Shown here: piece after piece, positions 46,661 to 54,836 of the stretch | Numbering within the stretch: position 1 is the first letter of the stretch | Layout of the letters: every line of letters starts with the position of its first letter | Assembly (NCBI GenBank): GCA_965220745.1 | Contig: CBDCQT010000011.1 | Span: 334,985 to 398,984, forward strand | Direction: 5' to 3' | DNA length: 64,000 nucleotides | Source: Alphaproteobacteria bacterium | Lineage (GTDB): Bacteria > Pseudomonadota > Alphaproteobacteria > UBA828 | Position numbers and translations under genes: made by a program | Notes under the pieces: model-generated | Told to the model about the DNA's origin: nothing | The model's database searches: none | What the model saw: the letters and a program-made list of their open reading frames with translations, nothing else

Positions 46661-48682
46661 ATGAGCGACGTGGTCCGGGTGGGGGTGGAGGTCGGCGGCA
46701 CCTTCACCGATCTCGTCGCCTTTGAGAAAGACGGCGTGCGCATCACCAAGGTGCCGAGCACGCCGGCCGCGCCGCACCGCGGCGCCATCGCCGCACTCGA
46801 TGAGTCGGGCCTCGCGCTGACCGCCGCCGGCGATCTCGTGCACGGCTCGACCGTCGCCACCAACGCGGTGCTGGAGCGCAAGGGCGCCAGGGTCGCGTTT
46901 TTCGCCACCGAAGGCTTCCGCGACCTGCTCACGCTGCAACGGCAGAGCCGGCGCTCCATCTACGACATCCACTACCGCAAGCCCGAGCCGGTGGTGCCGC
47001 GCCGCGATACCTTCGAGATTCCCGAGCGCATCGGGCCGGGCGGCGAGGTGGTCACCGCCCTCGACGAAGAGACGGCACGGCATCGTATTTCGCAGGCGTT
47101 GCAGGGCGACGGCTATGAGTCCGTCGCGATCTGCTTCCTGAACAGCTACGCCAACCCGTCGCATGAACGGCGGGTGGCGGCGATGGTGGCCGAGCGCTTT
47201 CCCGAGGTCGGGATCACCTGTTCCAGCGACGTGACCCGCGAGTTCCGCGAGTACGAGCGTGCTTCGACCACCACGCTCGCGGCCTACGTGCAGCCGGTCA
47301 TCGACCGCTACTTGAGCGCGTTCGAGCACGCGCTGGACGATCGGGGGTTCGCGGGCCGCTTCAGCCTCATGCAGTCCAACGGCGGCAGGCTGCCGGCGCG
47401 TGGCATGGCCGGCAACGCGATCACCTCGCTCTATTCGGGGCCGGCGGCGGGCGTGATGGGCGCGATCCGCCAGGCCGGGCGCTCGGGCTACCGCGACCTC
47501 ATCACCTTCGACATGGGGGGCACCAGCACCGACGTGTGCCTGGTGCGGGGCGGGACGCCGGTGCTCACCAGCGACGCCGAGATCGACGGTCTCCCCATCC
47601 GCATTCCGGTACTCGACATCGTAACTGTCGGCGCAGGCGGCGGCTCGATCGTCTGGCGCGACGACGGCAGCATGTTGCGGGTGGGCCCCCGCTCGGCCGG
47701 CGCCGAGCCCGGCCCCGCCTGCTACCGGCGCGGCGGCGCGGACCCCACGATCACCGACGCACACCTCGTGCGCGGCACCGTGCTCGCCGACACCTTCCTC
47801 GGCGGGCGCATGGATATTGATCCCGAGCTTTCGCAAGGCGCCTTCGCGGCGTTGGCCGGGCAGTTCGGCCGCAGCGTGGAGCAGATCGCCGACGACGCGG
47901 TTCGGGTGGCCGAGCACAACATCGTCCGCGCCATCCAGCTGGTCTCCACCGAGCGGGGCCGCGATCCGCGCGACTACGTTCTGGTTCCCTTCGGCGGCGC
48001 GGGGCCGCTGCACGCGGCGCGGGTTGCCGAGGTGCTGGGTATTGCCACCATCGTCATTCCGCCTGCGGCTGGCGTGCTTTCCGCCTTCGGCCTCGTCGCC
48101 TCGGACTTCGTGCGCTACGAGAGCCGCACGGTGCGCTTCGCCCTCGACGAGGCGGGCGCTGCGGAGCGCGTGCGCGAGCAGTTCACCGCCATGCGGGCGG
48201 ACGCGGAGGCGGCCTTCGCGGCGCTCGGCCTCACCAGCGGACTCCGCTACACCCATACGCTGGAGATGCGCTACGTCGGGCAGGCCTTCGAGGTGCCGAT
48301 CCCGCTCGGCGAAGAGGAGATCGCGCGCCTCGACGCCGCGCTGCTGCGTGAGCGGTTCAACGAGGCCCACCACCGCATCTTCGAGTTCGACGATTCGCGC
48401 ACCAACCGGCCTGAAATTGTTTCCTTCCGGCTCGGCATCGCGTCGCCGCCGCCCGCCGTCCCCCCGCTCCTGGGCGCGGACGACGCCCCGCACGCAGCCA
48501 CCGTCGCGCTCTTTGACGACGGCGTGCACATTGAGGCCCGCCGGCTCAACCGCAGCGCCCTCGGCCGCGCGGGAGAGTGCGAGGGGCCGCTGCTCATCAC
48601 GGACGACACGTCCACCGCCTACGTGCCGCCGGGATGGCGCGCTGGGGTGGACACGCACCATAATGTCATCCTGACGCGCTGA
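46661..48682 (+). CDS. hydantoinase/oxoprolinase family protein, A (HyuA-type) subunit
   Basis: VGVEVGGTFTDLV N-terminus, FDMGGTSTDV, VTVGAGGGSI, the ASKHA-fold ATPase motifs of HyuA. Confidence 0.9.
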   Translation: MSDVVRVGVEVGGTFTDLVAFEKDGVRITKVPSTPAAPHRGAIAALDESGLALTAAGDLVHGSTVATNAVLERKGARVAFFATEGFRDLLTLQRQSRRSIYDIHYRKPEPVVPRRDTFEIPERIGPGGEVVTALDEETARHRISQALQGDGYESVAICFLNSYANPSHERRVAAMVAERFPEVGITCSSDVTREFREYERASTTTLAAYVQPVIDRYLSAFEHALDDRGFAGRFSLMQSNGGRLPARGMAGNAITSLYSGPAAGVMGAIRQAGRSGYRDLITFDMGGTSTDVCLVRGGTPVLTSDAEIDGLPIRIPVLDIVTVGAGGGSIVWRDDGSMLRVGPRSAGAEPGPACYRRGGADPTITDAHLVRGTVLADTFLGGRMDIDPELSQGAFAALAGQFGRSVEQIADDAVRVAEHNIVRAIQLVSTERGRDPRDYVLVPFGGAGPLHAARVAEVLGIATIVIPPAAGVLSAFGLVASDFVRYESRTVRFALDEAGAAERVREQFTAMRADAEAAFAALGLTSGLRYTHTLEMRYVGQAFEVPIPLGEEEIARLDAALLRERFNEAHHRIFEFDDSRTNRPEIVSFRLGIASPPPAVPPLLGADDAPHAATVALFDDGVHIEARRLNRSALGRAGECEGPLLITDDTSTAYVPPGWRAGVDTHHNVILTR

Positions 48683-48721
48683 GCTCAGGACGACGCGCGA
48701 AGAGCCACGAGGGGCGGGCCC

Positions 48722-50353
48722 ATGGCGCTCGATCAGGTCGACCAGGCGATCATCTCCCAGGCCTTGATCGCCGCCGCGAAGGAAATGGGGATCAAGCTCG
48801 TGCGTTCGGCCTATTCGCCGATCGTGCGCGAGGCCAACGACTGCTCCGCCGCGCTGCTCGATGCCGAGGGCAGCGTGGTGAGCCAAGCGGAGCTCATCCC
48901 GATGCAGCTTGGCCCCATCGGCACCACCTTCCGCCCCTGCGCCGAGCTCTATCCGCCCGAGACGCTGGAGCCCGGCGACTTTTACATCAACAACGACCCC
49001 TATAACGGCGGGCAGCATGTCCCCGATATCTTCATCTTCACGCCCATCTTTTTTGGTGATCGGCTGGTGGGCTTCAGCGCGACCGTCGCCCATCATCTCG
49101 ACCTCGGCGGCGGCGCGCCGGGCCTCAACATGGCGGCCGGCGACGTCCACCAGGAGGGCCTGATCTTTCCGCCGAGCCGCTACAACGTGAACCGCGACTG
49201 GAACGGTGGCCCCTTCGAGCGGCTGGTGCGGGCGAACGTGCGCGTGCCGGAGAAGACCATCGGGGACTGCAACGCGCAGTTCGCCGCCAATGGGGTCGGC
49301 GCGCGGCGCGTGATCGAGCTCTGCGAGAAGTTCGGTGCGGACATGGTCACCGAGGCGATGCAAGGGCTGCTCGACTACGCCGAGCAGCGCATGCGCGCGG
49401 CCATCGCCGCCGCGCCCGACGGCGTCTACGTGGGCGAGGACCAGCTCGACAGCGACGGGGAGAACGACGAGCCGCTCCCGGTGCGCGCGCGGGTGGAGAT
49501 CGCCGGCGATACCGTCTCGGTCGACTACGCGGGCACCTGCGACCAGGTGCGGACCAACGTGAACTGCCCCTTTGCATCGACCATTGCGGCGGGGCTCTCG
49601 TGCGTGAAGTCGGTGCTCACGAGCCCCGACATCCCATTCAACGAGGGCGCGAAGCGGCCCATCGATATTACCGCGCCCTATGGCTCGCTGCTCAACCCGC
49701 GGCCCCCGGCCCCGGTGCGCGCGCGCATGCTCTCGGCCTATCGCGCCTACAACGCGGTGATGAAGGCGCTCGCCGACGCGGTGCCCGAGCAGGTGATGGC
49801 GGCCGGCTTCGACACCACGCACGCGACCTGCATGTCGCACTTGGGCGAGGAGGGGTACGGCATCTATCTCGAAATCTTCGGCGGCGGTTACGGCGCGAGC
49901 GCCGTGGGCGACGGCTGCGACGCGGTGGACAGCCCGCTTTCCAACTGCTCGAACATCCCCATCGAGGCCATCGACATGGAGCACCCGTTCTTCCGGGTGT
50001 CGGAGTACGCGCTGGTGGCGGGCTCGGGCGGTGGCGGCGAGCACCGGGGCGGGCTCGGGGTCCGGCGCGTCTACGAGGTGCTGGCCGACGACGTCGAGTA
50101 CCAGTCCTACTCCGATCGCTTCACGATCCCGCCCGAGGGGCTTTTCGACGGCGATGACGGTGGCGCAGCGTCGGTCAGCGTGTTGCGCGGCAACGAGAAG
50201 TTCGTGCTCGGCTCGAAGACGAGTTTCCGGCTGATGAAGGGCGACCGCGTGGTGATGAGCACCGGCGGCGGCGCGGGCTACGGAGAGCCGGGCCGGCGCT
50301 CGGCCGAGCGGATGGCGCAGGATCGCGAGGGCGGCGCGCTCGCGGCGTCTTAG
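48722..50353 (+). CDS. hydantoinase B/oxoprolinase family protein (HyuB-type subunit)
   Basis: SAYSPIVREANDCSAALLD, INNDPYNGGQHVPD, GGGYG patterns of HyuB. Confidence 0.9.
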   Translation: MALDQVDQAIISQALIAAAKEMGIKLVRSAYSPIVREANDCSAALLDAEGSVVSQAELIPMQLGPIGTTFRPCAELYPPETLEPGDFYINNDPYNGGQHVPDIFIFTPIFFGDRLVGFSATVAHHLDLGGGAPGLNMAAGDVHQEGLIFPPSRYNVNRDWNGGPFERLVRANVRVPEKTIGDCNAQFAANGVGARRVIELCEKFGADMVTEAMQGLLDYAEQRMRAAIAAAPDGVYVGEDQLDSDGENDEPLPVRARVEIAGDTVSVDYAGTCDQVRTNVNCPFASTIAAGLSCVKSVLTSPDIPFNEGAKRPIDITAPYGSLLNPRPPAPVRARMLSAYRAYNAVMKALADAVPEQVMAAGFDTTHATCMSHLGEEGYGIYLEIFGGGYGASAVGDGCDAVDSPLSNCSNIPIEAIDMEHPFFRVSEYALVAGSGGGGEHRGGLGVRRVYEVLADDVEYQSYSDRFTIPPEGLFDGDDGGAASVSVLRGNEKFVLGSKTSFRLMKGDRVVMSTGGGAGYGEPGRRSAERMAQDREGGALAAS

Positions 50354-50407
50354 AAAAGAAATCTCTGAGGCGAAGTTTCGCGAATATCCCATAACTTAAT
50401 TTTAGGC

Positions 50408-50487
50408 GGCCCATTCCGGCCTACTCCGGCCCAAAGTGGCCCAAGGTGGCCCAAGGTGGTCCGCCCAGGCGGTTCAAGGTGGCTCAA
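50408..50487. repeat. eight-unit 10-bp-phased tandem repeat
   Basis: GGCCCATTCC GGCCTACTCC GGCCCAAAGT GGCCCAAGGT GGCCCAAGGT GGTCCGCCCA GGCGGTTCAA GGTGGCTCAA. Lies in the non-coding convergent gap. Confidence 0.8.
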
Positions 50488-50657
50488 GTCCCGCACGCAG
50501 CACGTGGGGTCGCGCTCGCCCGTGCTGCTTGTCCCAACCTGTTGGTTCTTGCGCTGCATGGGGCGATGTTGGCGCAACCGCCGCGCGCCGTGCACCGCAC
50601 CATGGTCCGGTGAGTTGACGCGTGTCCCTCGTCACCAACAGTCGCGAGAAGCGCGGA

Positions 50658-51653
50658 TTAGAGGGGATGCCGGCTCGCCTCGACGAAGGGGGCGATGTCC
50701 GTCTCCGGGCGGGCGCCGTAGTGCCCCACGATCTCGCCGGCCGTCAGCGCCGCGAGCCGACCGCAACGAGCGAGATCGAAACCACGCGCCAATCCCAGGA
50801 GGAAGCCCGCGGCATAGAGGTCGCCGGCGCCGGTGGTATCCACGACATGGGCGACCGGCGCGGCCTCGATGGTGTGAACCGCGCCTTCCCCCGCAACCAC
50901 CGAGCCCTTGGCGCTGCGCGTGAGCACGGCGATGGCGCAATCCGCGCGGGCGGCGGCGAGAGCCGTGTCGAAGTCGGCGACCTGGTAGAGCGCCATCGCC
51001 TCGTCCTCGTTGGCGAACAGGACATCGACGTGGTTCGCCACCAGATCGCGCAACTCCGCCCGGTGGCGCTCGACGCAGAAGGAGTCCGAGAGCGAGAGGC
51101 AGACCCGCCCGCCTGCGGCATGGGCGATCCCGAGCGCCTTGCGGAAGGCGTCCTTGGCCGCCGGCGGGTCCCAGAGGTAGCCCTCCATGTAGAGCAGCCG
51201 CGCGCGCGCGATGAAGTCCGGGTCGATATCGCCAGGCCCGAGCTCGACGCAGGCGCCCAGATACGTGTTCATCGTGCGCTGGGCATCCGGGGTGACGAAG
51301 ATCAGGCACTGCGCGGTCGCGGCACCGTCCACCGCCGCCGGGGTGGGGAAGGAGACGCCCGCGGCCTCGATATCGCGGCGGAACACGGCGCCAGCCTCGT
51401 CGTCCCGCACCTTGCCGACGTAGCCGGCGGCGCCGCCGAGCCGCGCCACGCCCACCATGGTGTTGGCGGCGGAGCCGCCGCAGACCTCGACCGCCCTGCC
51501 CATGCGCGGGCGGAGCGACCTGGCACGCTCGGCGTCGATCAGGGTCATTGAGCCCTTGTGGAGGCTCTCTTCGGCGAGCAGCGCGTCATCGGCCTCGGCG
51601 ACGGCATCGACGATGGCGTTGCCGATCCCGACGACATCCAGCTGAGACCCCAT
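50658..51653 (-). CDS. PfkB-family carbohydrate/nucleoside kinase (adenosine kinase-like)
   Basis: DVVGIGNAIVD N-terminus, GGSAANT, and the C-terminal DTTGAGDLYAAGFL motif. Confidence 0.8.
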   Translation of the reverse strand: MGSQLDVVGIGNAIVDAVAEADDALLAEESLHKGSMTLIDAERARSLRPRMGRAVEVCGGSAANTMVGVARLGGAAGYVGKVRDDEAGAVFRRDIEAAGVSFPTPAAVDGAATAQCLIFVTPDAQRTMNTYLGACVELGPGDIDPDFIARARLLYMEGYLWDPPAAKDAFRKALGIAHAAGGRVCLSLSDSFCVERHRAELRDLVANHVDVLFANEDEAMALYQVADFDTALAAARADCAIAVLTRSAKGSVVAGEGAVHTIEAAPVAHVVDTTGAGDLYAAGFLLGLARGFDLARCGRLAALTAGEIVGHYGARPETDIAPFVEASRHPL

Positions 51654-51786
51654 TCAACTCTCCTTCACGCGACCATGCCGCCGGTGCGGCGGCGGGACTA
51701 TAGGGCCGCGGTCACCGGCGGCAAAGCCAGGTGCGGAAGTCATCAGGCTGGCATGGCGCGGCAGCATCCGCGATAGTCGGCCGACC

Positions 51787-52461
51787 ATGACGGCGAGCGG
51801 CGAGGCAGAAAGAATCGAAGCCGGCGCAGACTGTGCCGGGCTTCCCACGCTGCGCGCCGGCCCCGAGGCGATGGCCGCCGCCCTCGACCAAGTGGCGCGC
51901 GAGGACGCAGCCGTGGTGCCGCTGCTCACGCCGGCGGAGTGCCAGGAGTTCATCGACGCGGGCGCGGACCTCGCCTTCCGCTCTGCCAAGCCGGTCATCG
52001 GCGAAGGCGAGCGCGCGGTCTATCAGGACTTCGATATCTGCCTCTCGATCCCGCGACCGCACCGGCTCTGGCAGCTGACCCAGGCGGTCGAGCGCCTCAT
52101 TGCCGCCGCGCTCGGCACCATGGCCGAACCGCCGTTGGAGACGCTGCCGCTCAACGACCTGGTCTTGCAGCGCTACCCGCCCGGCGCGCGTGGCATCACG
52201 CCGCACCGCGACCACGTGCGCTACGTCGGACTGGTGGTGATCGTCCAGATGAGCGGGGACGGTCGCTTCGGCCTCTGCGCCGACCGCAGCGGCGCCGACG
52301 CCCGCGTGCTCGACGCCGGTCCGGGAGACGGCATTCTGATGCGCGCGCCCGACTTCGGCAGAGCAAAGGACCGGCCGTTCCACTTCCTCGACGGGATCAC
52401 GGTCGAGCGCTACAGCCTCGGCATGCGCAGCGACAAGACGGCGGAACCGGCGGCCGATTGA
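51787..52461 (+). CDS. hypothetical protein, possible 2OG-Fe(II) oxygenase-like fold
   Basis: 224 aa. LQRYPPGARGITPHRDH contains an HxD-type dyad, with a later His in RPFHFL. Weak assignment. Confidence 0.45.
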   Translation: MTASGEAERIEAGADCAGLPTLRAGPEAMAAALDQVAREDAAVVPLLTPAECQEFIDAGADLAFRSAKPVIGEGERAVYQDFDICLSIPRPHRLWQLTQAVERLIAAALGTMAEPPLETLPLNDLVLQRYPPGARGITPHRDHVRYVGLVVIVQMSGDGRFGLCADRSGADARVLDAGPGDGILMRAPDFGRAKDRPFHFLDGITVERYSLGMRSDKTAEPAAD

Positions 52462-52531
52462 GTACCACCCGCCCGGCGAGGCGGCAGGCAGGCCCGTGCT
52501 ATAGTGAACGACTCGTCCCGCACCGTGGTCC

Positions 52532-54829
52532 ATGAGCGAACCGTTCGATCCTGAGCCCGGCCTGCCCGCCGCGCCCGACACGCCGCCGGCTCGTCCGCCG
52601 GCGCCTGCGTCGACCTTTCTCGACGACCTGAACCCGGAGCAACGGCAAGCGGCGGAGGCGCTCGACGGTCCGCTGCTGGTGTTGGCCGGCGCCGGCACCG
52701 GCAAGACCCGCGTGCTCACCACGCGGCTCGCCCACATTCTCGCCACCGGCCGCGCCCGGCCGGGGCAGGTGCTGGCGGTCACCTTCACCAACAAGGCGGC
52801 GCGGGAGATGATCAGCCGGGTGGAGCGGCTGATGGGCCGTTCCGCCGCCGGCCTCTGGCTCGGCACCTTCCACGCCATCGCGGCGCGCATCCTGCGCCGC
52901 CATGCCGAGCTCGCTGGGCTCAAGCCGGACTTCACGATCCTCGACACCGACGACCAGATCCGCCTGCTCCGGCAGCTCATCCAGGCGGCGGACATCGACG
53001 AGAAGCGCTGGCCGGCGCGGACCCTCTCGATCATCATCCAGCGCTGGAAGGACCGGGGACTCACGGTCGACAAGGTAGCGGGCGCGGACGGCGCCGACTA
53101 CGCCAACGGGCGCGCGCCGGACCTCTACAAGGCCTATCAGGAGCGGCTCAAGACCGTGAACGCGGTCGATTTCGGCGACCTTCTGCTGCACAACCTGACC
53201 CTCTTCACGGGCCACAAGGACGTACTGGAGGACTACCAGCAGCGCTTTCGCTACCTGCTTGTTGACGAGTATCAGGACACCAACGTCGCCCAGTATCTGT
53301 GGCTGCGGCTGCTGGCGCAGGCGCATCACAGCATCTGCTGCGTCGGCGACGACGATCAGTCGATCTACGGCTGGCGCGGCGCCGAGGTCGGCAACATCCT
53401 TCGCTTCGAGCAGGATTTCCCCGGCGCGCAGGTAGTCCGGCTGGAGCGCAACTACCGCTCCACCGGGCACATCCTCGCCGCCGCCTCGGGCCTCATCGCT
53501 CACAACGCCGGCCGGCTCGGCAAGACGCTCTGGACCGAGGGCGAGGACGGCGAGAAGGTCCGCATCACCGAGACCTGGGACGGCGACGAGGAGGCGCGCG
53601 CCGTCGGCGACGCCATCGAGGCGCGGCAGCGCGAAGGCGAGAGCCTGGACAGTATCGCCATCCTGGTCCGCGCCGGCTTCCAGACCCGCGCTTTCGAGGA
53701 ACGCTTCCTCGCCATCGGCCTGCCCTACCGCGTGATCGGGGGCTTCCGCTTCTACGAGCGTCAGGAGATTCGGGACGCCGTGGCCTACGTCCGGGTCGTG
53801 GTGCGCCCCGACGACGATCTCGCCTTCGAGCGGATCGTGAACCTGCCGAAGCGCGGCCTCGGCGAGGCCTCGCTACGCCCGATTCACGAGCTCGCGCGCA
53901 CGAGCGACCTCTCGCTCTGTCGGGCGGCGGAACGGCTGATCGAGACCGACGAGCTGAAGCCCCGCGCCCGCTCGAGCCTCGCCGAGCTGATCGGCCAGCT
54001 TCGCGGCTGGCGCAGCGCGCTGGCCGAGACGCCCCATGCCGAGGTCGTGGGCAGGATGCTCGACGAATCCGGCTACACCGAGATGTGGCAGAAGGACCGC
54101 TCGCCCGCCGCCCCCGGCCGGCTCGAAAACCTGAAGGAGCTGGTGGATGCGCTCTCCGAGTTCGAGGACCTCGGCGCCTTCCTCGATCACGTGAGCCTGG
54201 TTATGGACCGGGAGGGCGAGGCCAGCGAGGAGATGGTCAACATCATGACCCTGCACGGCGCCAAGGGACTGGAGTTCGACACGGTGTTCCTGCCGGGGTG
54301 GGAGGAAGGGCTATTCCCGCACCAGCTTGCGCTCGACGAATCTGGTCATGCCGGGCTTGAGGAGGAGCGGCGCCTGGCCTACGTGGGGCTTACCCGCGCC
54401 CGCCTGCGCGCGCACGTGCTCTTCGCGGCGAACCGTCACCGGCACGGGCAGTGGGTGAGCGCCATCCCCTCGCGCTTCGTCGACGAGCTCGCGCCGGACC
54501 ATGTGGCCCTCTCCGACGACAGTCCCGTGCAGCCCGCGCCCGGCGGGCTCTATCGCGGCCACGGCGGAGGCGTCGGCGCGCGACACCTCATGTCCGAGCA
54601 CGCGAGCTACCGCGGGCGGGGGACGCCGCCCACCATCGACGCAACGCCCCTGCCCGTCGGCGACGGCGCGGGGCCCGCAGGCTACGCGACCGGCGACCGC
54701 GTCTTTCACCAAAAATTCGGCTACGGGCGGATTCAAACGGTGGATGGCGACAAGCTGGAGATCGCATTCGACAAGGCCGGCACCAAGAAGATCATCGACC
54801 GCTTCGTTCAACCCGCCGACAGCGTCTGA
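52532..54829 (+). CDS. uvrD: ATP-dependent DNA helicase, UvrD/Rep/PcrA family
   Basis: LNPEQRQAAEALDGPLLVLAGAGTGKT (motif I), LLVDEYQDTN (II), YRS (IV), TLHGAKGLEF (V), YVGLTRAR (VI). Confidence 0.9.
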   Translation: MSEPFDPEPGLPAAPDTPPARPPAPASTFLDDLNPEQRQAAEALDGPLLVLAGAGTGKTRVLTTRLAHILATGRARPGQVLAVTFTNKAAREMISRVERLMGRSAAGLWLGTFHAIAARILRRHAELAGLKPDFTILDTDDQIRLLRQLIQAADIDEKRWPARTLSIIIQRWKDRGLTVDKVAGADGADYANGRAPDLYKAYQERLKTVNAVDFGDLLLHNLTLFTGHKDVLEDYQQRFRYLLVDEYQDTNVAQYLWLRLLAQAHHSICCVGDDDQSIYGWRGAEVGNILRFEQDFPGAQVVRLERNYRSTGHILAAASGLIAHNAGRLGKTLWTEGEDGEKVRITETWDGDEEARAVGDAIEARQREGESLDSIAILVRAGFQTRAFEERFLAIGLPYRVIGGFRFYERQEIRDAVAYVRVVVRPDDDLAFERIVNLPKRGLGEASLRPIHELARTSDLSLCRAAERLIETDELKPRARSSLAELIGQLRGWRSALAETPHAEVVGRMLDESGYTEMWQKDRSPAAPGRLENLKELVDALSEFEDLGAFLDHVSLVMDREGEASEEMVNIMTLHGAKGLEFDTVFLPGWEEGLFPHQLALDESGHAGLEEERRLAYVGLTRARLRAHVLFAANRHRHGQWVSAIPSRFVDELAPDHVALSDDSPVQPAPGGLYRGHGGGVGARHLMSEHASYRGRGTPPTIDATPLPVGDGAGPAGYATGDRVFHQKFGYGRIQTVDGDKLEIAFDKAGTKKIIDRFVQPADSV

Positions 54830-54836
54830 GCGTCTG

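Noticed and set aside
46340-50392. 1350-aa minus-strand ORF, the longest in the track
   Set aside because: It lies entirely antisense to the well-supported hyuA and hyuB genes (clear family motifs on the plus strand). Its translation is Arg/Ala/Gly/His-rich with no recognisable domain. This is a typical shadow ORF of high-GC DNA.
50468-50500. tRNA T-arm-like strings GGTTCAAGG and GGCTCAAGTCCCGC, possibly a tRNA 3-prime fragment or att site
   Set aside because: The flanking bases do not form a T-stem, there is no acceptor or anticodon arm, and the strings are explained by the 10-bp tandem repeat.
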